Shown: positions 47,577 through 56,376, counted from the first letter of the stretch. The stretch: 64,000 nucleotides of DNA from Candidatus Aenigmatarchaeota archaeon (GCA_016198685.1 JACQID010000008.1:32001-96000), one strand, 5' to 3'. The notes: a model not told the origin generated them from the letters alone. Translations and numbers: made by a program.

Positions 47577-48869
47577 ATGAAATATTTAGCAGCCTTTTTG
47601 TTAGCTTTTTCCATCTTTTTGTTGCCGGCATTTGCAGACACATCCGGCGACATAAATACGTCTCTGCCCCAGCCAATAGTAACGGGGTTCTTTGCTTATT
47701 CCGCAGGAAACTGCACGCAGAATTATGGATACCCGCCCAGCGGCTGCGGGACGTATCAATGCTTCTTCGTTGCAGGCAGCACGTCAAACGGCTCCTGCAG
47801 GCCTACAGTCAATACCGCATGCTATCAGGGCGGAACGTGGTATGCTACAGGTTCGAGCGGCCCATCGTGCAAGAATGATACTCATAAATGGAGTTGCAGT
47901 TCCGGAACATGGGCCGCCAGTGAGTGCAGCAACGGCTGCTCGGCAGGAGCATGTGCAAGCTCAAGCACAGATACCAGTACGAGTACCAGCACTTCAAGCA
48001 ACAGCAACAGCACGACTACAACAGTCAAATATTCGCTTTCAATAACATCATCAATTGATGACTTTAGTCTGATTCAAAATAGCTCTGCATTGAAATCATT
48101 GACTGTGAAGAATAACGGGGACGCGAAAGTCAATAATACCAAGCTTATTGTGGCAGGCATTCCTGATGCATGGGTCATTATATCACCGGCATCGTTTACT
48201 ACAATAAACGTCAGCTCGTCCGTTTCTTTCACTTTGAGTTTCGTAATACCTGAGAATGCGACCGTTAAGGAGTACGATGTCACGCTTACTGCCAAGTCAG
48301 ATCAAGCGGAAGCTTCGGATATCTTTAAACTCAAGGTGCTTCCAAGCACCCAAACGGTGCAGAACGTAATAATCCCGCGTTATGATGGCCTGGGCGCAAT
48401 ACTTCTGGAGCTGGAAAAGAATCTTACAGAATTAAGGAATGCCGGGATCAACAGCACCGAGATAGAGGCTCTTTTTGCGGACATAAGGGCAAAGATATTG
48501 CAGGCGAATACTTCTATATCGTCTTCGGATTATTTTGCGGCCTCTACGACAATGGATGCAATAGATTCGTTGAGTGCAGAGCTCACGCAGAAAATAGAAG
48601 CTGCCAAGGCGGCACAAAGCTCTAACACGGTTATTATCATAATTATAGTCATAGTCCTGATAGCTCTGGGAGTGGTTGCCTATATGCTCATGCCATCCAA
48701 ATTTTCCTCTGGCAAGAACTTGCCGTGGAAAGATGACAAAGACAGCAGCGGATTCCGACCAGGCAAGGGCTTTGTTCCGTCTGAAACCTCGCAGATATCC
48801 AAGATAATGAGCGATATCCAGAGGAAGAAAAAAGAAAGTGCCCGCTATCAATTCGGTGGCAAGCAATGA
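47577..48869 (+). CDS. Membrane-anchored surface protein (Cys-rich N-terminus, S/T linker, CARDB-like domain, helical stalk, C-terminal TM)
   Basis: Signal peptide, Cys-rich region, STDTSTSTSTSS linker, LTVKNNG, TM VIIIIIVIVLIALGVVAYML. Confidence 0.82.
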   Translation: MKYLAAFLLAFSIFLLPAFADTSGDINTSLPQPIVTGFFAYSAGNCTQNYGYPPSGCGTYQCFFVAGSTSNGSCRPTVNTACYQGGTWYATGSSGPSCKNDTHKWSCSSGTWAASECSNGCSAGACASSSTDTSTSTSTSSNSNSTTTTVKYSLSITSSIDDFSLIQNSSALKSLTVKNNGDAKVNNTKLIVAGIPDAWVIISPASFTTINVSSSVSFTLSFVIPENATVKEYDVTLTAKSDQAEASDIFKLKVLPSTQTVQNVIIPRYDGLGAILLELEKNLTELRNAGINSTEIEALFADIRAKILQANTSISSSDYFAASTTMDAIDSLSAELTQKIEAAKAAQSSNTVIIIIIVIVLIALGVVAYMLMPSKFSSGKNLPWKDDKDSSGFRPGKGFVPSETSQISKIMSDIQRKKKESARYQFGGKQ

Positions 48870-49540
48870 ACTTCAGGCATGCAGGCAAGGCCATAGGCGG
48901 ACTTCTGTTCCCGCTCATACTGACACTTTTCGTGATTGCACTTTCGCTTTCACAAATAATGGAAGGCGGGGCCCTCAAGGATATCTTCATAGAAGTTATC
49001 TCGTCTCAAGTGCCTGAAGATGTCGATGATGCCAGCTTAGTTGCCGCATTCATCGCCCAGTGCAGCGGGAAAGAAACCCTCCAAGTTGATATTGGTGGGG
49101 AATATCTTCCCGTGAAATGTGAAGAGATGCGGAAATCAAAAACCGCTGAAGATGTGGCAGGCGCCATATTTGATGCGCAATACGCAAAAAAATATGACTG
49201 CAGTTTTATCGATTGCGTGAAATTCATTCCCGGAATAATCGCAACAGCGCAGGGCAACGGCGTCATAAAGAATTTATCCTACATCTTTTTGGCATTGAGC
49301 GTTATTTTTGGCGCGGTGCTCATGGCATCACTCAAAGGATTTGGCAGATTGACTTGGTTTGGAATCGCTGTAATTTCGGTCGGCGTAATGTACTTCCCGC
49401 TTCTTTATATGCCTAATATTGCAGGCGGCTTGGAAACCACCATGGTAAAGACTTTCGCATCCAATTTTTTGATAGTCCTGGTAGCAGGCTTTGCCATCGC
49501 AGCGGCAGGCGTCATTGGCGGATTGCTGAAAAAGAAATAG
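48866..49540 (+). CDS. Membrane protein
   Basis: N-terminal TM, Cys-containing loop, three C-terminal TMs. Confidence 0.78.
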   Translation: MNFRHAGKAIGGLLFPLILTLFVIALSLSQIMEGGALKDIFIEVISSQVPEDVDDASLVAAFIAQCSGKETLQVDIGGEYLPVKCEEMRKSKTAEDVAGAIFDAQYAKKYDCSFIDCVKFIPGIIATAQGNGVIKNLSYIFLALSVIFGAVLMASLKGFGRLTWFGIAVISVGVMYFPLLYMPNIAGGLETTMVKTFASNFLIVLVAGFAIAAAGVIGGLLKKK

Positions 49541-49838
49541 GATTTTTGGAAAGCATATTGCAGATTTCGCAGAATTTGGCAGGGAGATCGTCTTTGCCGA
49601 TGACTTTGGCGTGAAGTGCGCGGGATATTTCCTTTATTGCTTGCCTTACAGGTTCTTCCTGTAGTATGCCTCTACCTCGCAGGCTTCTCATGTACTGTGA
49701 AACTGCAGGCTGCGTTATGCCTATCAAAGATGCCGCTTCACCCTGGCTCATGCCATAATCAGCAATAAGGTCCTTTGCAATCATGGCTCTTAAGGAGGGA
49801 AAAATTTCCCGTACCATGTATTCGCAGAACGGCTGCAT
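49512..49838 (-). CDS. HTH transcriptional regulator
   Basis: PCEYMVREIFPSLRA...MSQGEAASLIGITQPAVSQY. Confidence 0.85.
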   Translation of the reverse strand: MQPFCEYMVREIFPSLRAMIAKDLIADYGMSQGEAASLIGITQPAVSQYMRSLRGRGILQEEPVRQAIKEISRALHAKVIGKDDLPAKFCEICNMLSKNPISFSAIRQ

Positions 49839-49875
49839 GAGAAATAATGCGGACTGGAGTTTAAAAATCCACTGC

Positions 49876-50340
49876 TTAGAATGATCTCCCGATGGATATT
49901 GCTCTTCCTTTTTCGCTTTTCACTGCCGCAAGCCCGTTCTTTTCAAGGAATCTTCCCCACTCCTCTATCTGCAATTCATGCACGTGAAGTTTTCTTGACA
50001 TTTCTTTCACGTTGACTTCCCCCTTGTCAACTATTTCATCAAAAAGCATGCTGACATTTTTGTCCGAAGACATCTTTACTATCTCGGCATTGTCCTTCAT
50101 GAAAGGCACTATGAACCTACGGAACACGTCCTTGTGAAGTTTATTTTCCTTAGGCACCAAAGCAAGCAGCTTACGGCTGGATTCCAGCAGGGTTTCCCTT
50201 TCGCTCATGAGCGTTTTCCTTTCTTCTCCAAGTTGCTTCACTACATCTGCCAATACCGCAACTGAGGAACTGACTTTATTCAGTTTTTCTTCCATCGCTC
50301 TTATTCGTTTTTCAGTTCTTTCGTCGCGGTCCTCAAACAT
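49876..50340 (-). CDS. Coiled-coil protein with C-terminal winged-helix-like domain
   Basis: Heptad N-terminus; VNVKEMSRKLHVHELQIEEWGRFLEKNGL. Confidence 0.7.
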   Translation of the reverse strand: MFEDRDERTEKRIRAMEEKLNKVSSSVAVLADVVKQLGEERKTLMSERETLLESSRKLLALVPKENKLHKDVFRRFIVPFMKDNAEIVKMSSDKNVSMLFDEIVDKGEVNVKEMSRKLHVHELQIEEWGRFLEKNGLAAVKSEKGRAISIGRSF

Positions 50341-50476
50341 AGAACTGAAATAAATGCAAAGATTATAAAACCTATCGGTCCTGAAAAGCTTTCTGAATCG
50401 GAAAGAAGCTTTTATTAAACTACGTAAATCAGGCTTTCATTACAGTATTAAACGTTGAATGCTATATCTTTTCTGT

Positions 50477-50608
50477 GCCGGCGTCGCATAACCTGGCAAC
50501 TCCGCGCTTTTTGAAAATTAAGCATGGCATCGGGAAATTGCGCTGGTCTCGAATTAACGGGATAACCAGTGTCCTCTGGACTTGCAGGTTCAAATCCTGC
50601 CGCCGGCG
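50477..50608 (+). tRNA. tRNA-Ser(CGA) with two introns (20/21, 39 nt, 50498-50536; 37/38, 10 nt, 50554-50563)
   Basis: CTGGT CT CGA A^A ACCAG; helices CCUG/CGGG and CUCG/CGGG; long variable arm GTCC-TCT-GGAC. Confidence 0.92.
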
Positions 50609-50764
50609 TCTTATTTTCATAAATCCCTCATTTATATGCATTTAACAGCCCTCCGGTTGCGCATTTTAGCCAAAAATCCCATCTGCCTATAATGGCAAGA
50701 AACGACCGGTTTCCGCCAAATTTACCTAAAATTGGAGCCAGTGTTGCGGATTTGTTGATAGGAT

Positions 50765-51718
50765 TTATATCCCGCCGGCTCGAGTTTCTTCGAGGTACTT
50801 GATTATCATGTTTGTCATTGGCCTTAGGTCGGACTTGTTGCCGGCCTCCAGAGTGGCATAATACGTCGCCCTTTCCCTGCTCTTTATGTTTATCATGGGC
50901 AGGCCGCTCTTCCGCAGGGTGAAATTAAGCAGGAGCCTGCCAACACGACCATTGCCGTCCCGGAATGGGTGTATCGATTCAAAGACGTGATGGAAATAGG
51001 CGGCTATAACGACCGGATGATATTTTTTCTTGTTTGACCTGTACCATAACATCAGATGCTTGAACTGTTTCTGTACTTCGCCTGGGGGCGGCGGAGTGAA
51101 GCTGGCCCCCCTTACATAAACCTGAATGTCCCTGAATCTGCCTGAATGCTTCCATAGAATATTATGCATTAGGAGTTTGTGAAGCTTCAGAACAAAAGCC
51201 CTGTTTATGTCACCTTTGTATGAAAGCATGTAGTCGAAAGCGTCTTTGTGGTTCTGGACCTCGCTTATTTCCCTCAGGGTTTTTCCTTTAGGAACTACCT
51301 TGTCAAAAAGTATCATTCCGGTTTCCTGGAGGGTGATCGTAGAGCCCTCTATGGCGTTAGTGTCGTAAGTGAACTCCGTGACAAAATGCTCATAGTAGTT
51401 TTCGTAAACGCTATTAGTCACTTTCGGCTTGTTTTTCAGGTAAGATTCCTTGATCTGGTTCAAGCGTTTTTTCTGGTCTTCTGAAATGAGTCCGAAAAGC
51501 GGATCTGACTGCATCTTTGCTTCGTTGACTTTTGCGGTTAATTCTGATTTTTTTGCCTTCATGCGTTTTTCAATTTCTTTCTTTGTGAGATCTTTTCCAA
51601 GATAAATCCTCACCTTTTTCCATCTGCCTCCTTGGCGCACATTGTTAACAATATAAAAATATGCACCATGTCCTCTTTTCTGCTTCTCAGTATACATGCA
51701 GTTTATATGGGCACGCAT
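50765..51718 (-). CDS. Fic-domain protein (probable start MYTEK at 51697)
   Basis: Canonical HPFRDGNGRVGR motif; N-terminal inhibitory-type TNAIEGS. Confidence 0.93.
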   Translation of the reverse strand: MRAHINCMYTEKQKRGHGAYFYIVNNVRQGGRWKKVRIYLGKDLTKKEIEKRMKAKKSELTAKVNEAKMQSDPLFGLISEDQKKRLNQIKESYLKNKPKVTNSVYENYYEHFVTEFTYDTNAIEGSTITLQETGMILFDKVVPKGKTLREISEVQNHKDAFDYMLSYKGDINRAFVLKLHKLLMHNILWKHSGRFRDIQVYVRGASFTPPPPGEVQKQFKHLMLWYRSNKKKYHPVVIAAYFHHVFESIHPFRDGNGRVGRLLLNFTLRKSGLPMINIKSRERATYYATLEAGNKSDLRPMTNMIIKYLEETRAGGI

Positions 51719-51748
51719 GAATAAAAAGCTTCGTTATGTGTGCCCATA
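51706..51748. promoter_or_regulatory. 13-bp imperfect inverted repeat bracketing the putative Fic TATA box
   Basis: TATGGGCACGCAT-N17-ATGTGTGCCCATA; the minus-strand spacer contains TTTTTATT about 30 nt before ATG 51697. Confidence 0.5.
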
Positions 51749-51880
51749 GGTGACCGCGCTTGTAGTCGCCCCGCCAAATCAACATTTCTGCAACATGCCT
51801 AATCCTTCGGAGTTTATGCAACAATGCGTCTTAACGCAAACTGACAAAGTTAAGAACATAATACATCTAATTATTCACAT

Positions 51881-51993
51881 GCCGGCGTCGCATAACTTGG
51901 CATTGCGCCAGCCTTGAGAGCTGGTGAGTCTCTGACTCTTGCAGGTTCAAATCTGATGCAGTATCTGCTTCAGTGAAAATCCTGCCGCCGGCG
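51881..51993 (+). tRNA. tRNA-Ser(TGA) with 28-nt T-loop intron (59/60; 51952-51979)
   Basis: CCAGC CT TGA GA GCTGG; full BHB GCAGG-UUCA-AA^U...UGAA-AA^U-CCUGC. Confidence 0.94.
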
Positions 51994-52056
51994 TTTTTCT
52001 TCTTCAAAAAATCTTTATAAACGGGCTACCATAAAGTTACTTAGGTGAACGCATAA

Positions 52057-52689
52057 ATGGCATTTCAAAGCATAGGAAGCGTTCTGACAGACTTGGCCAC
52101 AGAAACCATAACCTTTGTGCCGAACCTTGTTGGAGCAATAGTACTGCTCGTGATAGGTTTGGTTGTAGGTAAGGTTGTAGGCAGAGTCGTTAAGGAAGTC
52201 TTAAGCAAGGTAAAGCTGGACTACTATCTGACAGAAACAGAAAGGCCTGTGATAAGCATATCCAACCTATTCGCTCTCATAACACGATGGTGGATATATG
52301 TGGCCTTTATTGTAGCGGCTGTAGACACGCTGCGCATACCCTCACTTTCCGCGTGGCTTACCCAAATCCTGCACTTCCTGCCCAACGTTGTCGGAGCTAC
52401 GACAGTGATGGTCGTGGGCTACGTACTTGCTGAGTTCGTCAAGGACCAGCTGAAGAAGGTTGGAAAGTCCTATTCGTTGTTGATAGGCAAAATAACGTTC
52501 TTCTTCATCATGTACGTGGCTATTGCCGTCGCTTTGCCGATACTCCAGATACCCGCAACACTGATAAGCCAGATACTGCTGATAATAATCGCCTCGATGG
52601 GCGCTGGTATTGCAGTTGCGATGGGCCTCGGTCTGAAAGACGCATTGTCTGACGTGTCCAGAAGATACGTCAAGAAGATGAAGGTATGA
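52057..52689 (+). CDS. Membrane protein with MscS-associated TM-helix repeats
   Basis: FVPNLVGAIVLLVIG and FLPNVVGATTVMVVG repeats; GLGLKD. Confidence 0.8.
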   Translation: MAFQSIGSVLTDLATETITFVPNLVGAIVLLVIGLVVGKVVGRVVKEVLSKVKLDYYLTETERPVISISNLFALITRWWIYVAFIVAAVDTLRIPSLSAWLTQILHFLPNVVGATTVMVVGYVLAEFVKDQLKKVGKSYSLLIGKITFFFIMYVAIAVALPILQIPATLISQILLIIIASMGAGIAVAMGLGLKDALSDVSRRYVKKMKV

Positions 52690-52824
52690 GTTTTTCCCTT
52701 TTATTTTCTCTTTAATTTTATTCTTTAAAGTTTTCGTTTCTTATTATAGTGGAGGCATTACGCAGCAAAATATGTCTTTAGGCAGACTGATAATAAGAAT
52801 TAATGTCAGAAGCTCGGTTGCAAA

Positions 52825-52924
52825 GCGCTTGTAGTCTAGTGGCAGGATACGACCTTGCCAAGGTCGAGTTTCGGATCGATAACGGTTCGGACGGCATACC
52901 CGGGTTCAAATCCCGGCAGGCGCA
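52825..52924 (+). tRNA. tRNA-Gly(GCC) with 29-nt variable-loop intron (45/46; 52869-52897)
   Basis: CGACC TT GCC AA GGTCG; central helix GUCG/CGGC; 9-bp intron stem; 71-nt product. Confidence 0.93.
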
Positions 52925-52944
52925 TACTGGGATTTTCCAAGGAC

Positions 52945-53160
52945 AAGCTTCGCTTCTCCTGGATGTTGAAGACGCCACTTCAACAGAACCGAAGGTTCAT
53001 AGGGAAGACGAAGTCTTCACTGCGCCGGAGGAAGAATGTCCTCCTTGCGAATGCCGGCAGGCGCATCCAAGAAAAAATTCAAATCCCGGTTTGGCATCAT
53101 GATTTGAACCCTTGAATCATCTGAAGATTTTGATTTTCAGCATCCGAAGAAGCAGAGATT
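52945..53160. ncRNA. Candidate structured RNA or tRNA-derived relic downstream of tRNA-Gly
   Basis: Long-range GGATGTTGAA/TTCAGCATCC and GCTTCT/AGAAGC stems enclosing several hairpins and copies of tRNA-Gly 3' sequence. Confidence 0.35.
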
Positions 53161-53250
53161 CTCCAGCGAAGATCCCGCAGAGGCGCGTATCTAAATTCAA
53201 AGCCGATTGTAGTGGGATAGATATTTAAGTGGCTGTTCTAGTAGTATTAT

Positions 53251-53757
53251 ATGATATTTCAGAAAAAGAGCGAGATGCAGGAAATAAAAGACGCTCTTTC
53301 CCAGGATAATCCTTCTGTTCAAAAATATTATGGGCGCGAAAATTTTGCTAAAGAGGAGAATCGCCGCGCAGCTGCTCATGAGCCTGTTCGCACAGAAGAC
53401 GATGCAGTTGCTCCGCCGGTCAAAGGAAGCGCCCCGCTTTTTGTCAAGATTGATAAATACTATGATATTCTTAAGGATCTTCAGGAAATGAAAATGTTTC
53501 TGGCAGGGACAAAGCATCTTTATCATGTTCTTGAGGAAGTCGAAAACGTAAGAAACGACACGCTCAAGATAATGCGCGCAACGATACAGCGTCTTGAGAA
53601 GAGCGTTGTAGAAATGGATTCGGGGCTTCTTCGGCCAAGAGAAGATCAGTACCCAACACCTCAGGAAACGCCTGAGGTTCGCCACATAGAAGGCTCATTG
53701 AATGAGCTTCAGGGCCAGCTTGATGTTCTCAAAAAAGAATTGCAGTCCATGAAATAG
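53251..53757 (+). CDS. Hypothetical coiled-coil protein
   Basis: APLFVKIDKYYDILKDLQEMK helical domain. Confidence 0.75.
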   Translation: MIFQKKSEMQEIKDALSQDNPSVQKYYGRENFAKEENRRAAAHEPVRTEDDAVAPPVKGSAPLFVKIDKYYDILKDLQEMKMFLAGTKHLYHVLEEVENVRNDTLKIMRATIQRLEKSVVEMDSGLLRPREDQYPTPQETPEVRHIEGSLNELQGQLDVLKKELQSMK

Positions 53758-53815
53758 TGGAGATTTCTTTTTACCCGCCATCCATTTAAGCCTTGCCATC
53801 TAATTCTTCAATTGC

Positions 53816-53970
53816 GCGGGGGTAGCCAAGTGGCCAAAGGCGCAAGTTGAGTTATAAGGGCATTATGCCCGATGAATGCGAAACTCAAGAAACGCTTTGG
53901 GATATCTTGTCCCTTAGAGAAGAGTAATCTTCGGGGTATGGGTTCGCAGGTTCAAATCCTGCCCCCCGCA
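53816..53970 (+). tRNA. tRNA-Leu(CAA) with three introns (30/31, 36 nt, 53847-53882; 37/38, 14 nt, 53890-53903; variable arm, about 21 nt, 53918-53938)
   Basis: Spliced arm CAAGA CT CAA GA TCTTG; helices CGCA/UGCG, CUCA/UGGG, CCUU/GGGG; 84-nt product. Confidence 0.9.
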
Positions 53971-54188
53971 TAGTTTTTAGATTTTTATAATTTCCGTTTT
54001 GATAATTGTTATACCACTAATCAACACCAACGAATTGGTAAGGCATAATGCAGGAAAAAGGCATGGGTCCGATGGTTCTGCAGGAATTTTCATCCTTGCG
54101 TATCCTTTGATTCTCGCGGCAAACTATGTGTGTTCTTTCGGTGTTTGCAAGGGTCATGGAAAGTATATAGGCAACGCTGAAATTTGAA

Positions 54189-55187
54189 TCAAATTCCGTA
54201 TCTCAAGAAGGCGCCCACGCCCCCGAAACTGAGGAAACGCTTTCCTGCATCGTGGTGCGAATCTATTATCTTGACTCTGCCGCCGTATCTTTCAGCGAGT
54301 TTCATCAGGTCCTCATAATCCTGTGCTTTCTCGTCGCTGACAAGCAACATTTCTGCGGCTCCTGCCTCTATTGCCGCTTTGGTTTTTGCAGGGCCGTATG
54401 CGGCTTTGGTACCTTTTGAGACCTCTGCGAAAAAATCCTCAACCAGCTTTGTCTGCTCTGAGACAGAAGAGTCACGGATTATTTTTTCAACTATGCCGCG
54501 GCGCAAAACTTCCTGTATGCCGGCTTCTCCCGCATAGGAGACGCTGTCTGTGTGGACTTTCTTTGCAACTTCCGGCTCTTTGGTTTTCAGTATGTTCATC
54601 ACGTTTTCCTTGGCGAAGCCGGGCCCTGCAAGCACACATGCATGGAACTGTTTGCTCTTGATGTAGCTTATTATGTCGGCATAGTACGCAGATGAATCAT
54701 GTTCTCCCATGCTCTTGCCTGTGCTTCCGTATATTGTAGTCAGCATCTCAAGGCGCTCTGTAAGGAATGCAAAGCCTGCTTCAGCATCGTCTATAGCAGC
54801 GATAAGTATAGGCGGATGACGCGTCTTTGCTTTTTCGAGCTTTTCAATCTCGTAGCCTTTCCATTCTTTTTCTATACTTACCGGCCTGTTGACTTCTATT
54901 TCAAAAGCATGATGCGAGCGGTCACCTTCCGAGGACTCAATGATTATTCCCCCGACCCTCAATTGATCACCTGAAAAATCAATTTTTTCAGCCCGAAGCT
55001 TGACAAAAATCCTGCGCTTTTCACTTCGCACCTCGCGGTCGCCCTGAAGTATTTTTATGCTTCTGACCGTATAGCCAGAGACAGAAGTTCCTGGATTTAT
55101 TATTTTTTCCAGTACCCACAGATCATCCTGATTCTCAGGAATGACCGTGATAACGCCATGCTTGAGGTCCTTTTCCGTTATCTTCAT
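54189..55187 (-). CDS. pelA: Pelota (ribosome rescue factor)
   Basis: PENQDDLWVL, DQLRVGGII, HHAFEI, LAGPGFAK, GKRFLSFGGVGAFLRY. Confidence 0.93.
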   Translation of the reverse strand: MKITEKDLKHGVITVIPENQDDLWVLEKIINPGTSVSGYTVRSIKILQGDREVRSEKRRIFVKLRAEKIDFSGDQLRVGGIIIESSEGDRSHHAFEIEVNRPVSIEKEWKGYEIEKLEKAKTRHPPILIAAIDDAEAGFAFLTERLEMLTTIYGSTGKSMGEHDSSAYYADIISYIKSKQFHACVLAGPGFAKENVMNILKTKEPEVAKKVHTDSVSYAGEAGIQEVLRRGIVEKIIRDSSVSEQTKLVEDFFAEVSKGTKAAYGPAKTKAAIEAGAAEMLLVSDEKAQDYEDLMKLAERYGGRVKIIDSHHDAGKRFLSFGGVGAFLRYGI

Positions 55188-55248
55188 GTTTCTAAGGTGC
55201 AGGAAAGCGATTTATATGCCTTGCAGATAATTATTTGCAGGTGCGCGG

Positions 55249-56376
55249 ATGGCTGAACTCGATACATTTACAATTTTTCTTGTTCTAGGCCTTGCCATGA
55301 TAATCGTGGGCATACTCGTATTCTCATCGGCAGAGACCTCTTTCATCGGCGGCATACTGCCCGGAAGCCAACGAACCGTAGTCAGCTCTTCTGTCGATGA
55401 ATCCTTTTCCGTGGGTCCTGAGAACGTCGAAACGGCTCTTCCTTATCGCATATCATTTAACGTGAGCAATCTTCGTGCTCCTGCAGTCCATGCCCTGGAA
55501 GACGGCCGCATATTCTCAGGCGTGCTCTTCGGATCCGGCTCGATGAAATACACGCTTGACACTAATGTCCCCCAGTTCATGACCATAAATTTCACAGTCA
55601 CCAAGACCAATTCTTATGCCCCTCTGATCATAAAAATAAACGGCAAGGAGGCGATGCGTAAACTGCTTTCGGCTGGCGATTACTCGTTTAATATTGATAA
55701 GGAATTGCTCTCTGACACGATGGAGATAGAAATAGGCGCTGAAGGGTCTGGATGGAAAATATGGGCTCCTGCAGTTTATGACCTTTCCAGCGTGCGGATA
55801 ACCGTTGATACGTTCAATGAGCGTTCTTATATCTACAAGTTCGATCTTTCCGGCAAATACGATACTTTCAAGCGCGGCAGAATAGTTCTTAATTTCATCG
55901 AAAACCGCGGCAGTCTTTCAGTGCCCCTCAATGGCGTTGAAATATTCGATGAGCCCCCTGCAAACTCACAGAACATAGAGTTCTATAAAGACCGTGTCAG
56001 GAACGGCGTCAATTCCCTGGAATTCCGCGCGTCTGAAGGTTCTTCTTTTCTTGCTAATGGCGCGATGACAATAGCCTACGTCACTACGCAAGAAAACAAG
56101 CTTGTCCAGCCCTTCAACGTCAGCAATTCGACTTATCGCAGCTTCAAGAGCGGCGAATTGCGTTTTGAGGTTACAGGAGTTTCGAAAGACGGCGGGATAG
56201 GCGTGTTGATAATGAACGGGATGGGTACGACTTTCAGCCGCTTTGAAACTGTAAGTCCCGGTGAGTACAGGTATGCTTTTAACGCAACAAACATCGCCAT
56301 GGGCAAGAACGATCTTGTCATAGAGTCCGCAGGCGGCGCGGTCTTTTCCGTGAGGAACGTCCGCATAACCGTATAA
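55249..56376 (+). CDS. Membrane-anchored beta-rich surface protein
   Basis: N-terminal TM; alternating beta pattern with internal repeats (GDYSFNI / GEYRYAF). Confidence 0.78.
   Translation: MAELDTFTIFLVLGLAMIIVGILVFSSAETSFIGGILPGSQRTVVSSSVDESFSVGPENVETALPYRISFNVSNLRAPAVHALEDGRIFSGVLFGSGSMKYTLDTNVPQFMTINFTVTKTNSYAPLIIKINGKEAMRKLLSAGDYSFNIDKELLSDTMEIEIGAEGSGWKIWAPAVYDLSSVRITVDTFNERSYIYKFDLSGKYDTFKRGRIVLNFIENRGSLSVPLNGVEIFDEPPANSQNIEFYKDRVRNGVNSLEFRASEGSSFLANGAMTIAYVTTQENKLVQPFNVSNSTYRSFKSGELRFEVTGVSKDGGIGVLIMNGMGTTFSRFETVSPGEYRYAFNATNIAMGKNDLVIESAGGAVFSVRNVRITV

Noticed and set aside
50742-51795. Imperfect inverted repeats (TGTTGCGGATTTGTTGAT / ATCAACATTTCTGCAACA) around Fic as transposon ends
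   Set aside because: About 13-14 of 18 matches, no target duplication and no transposase
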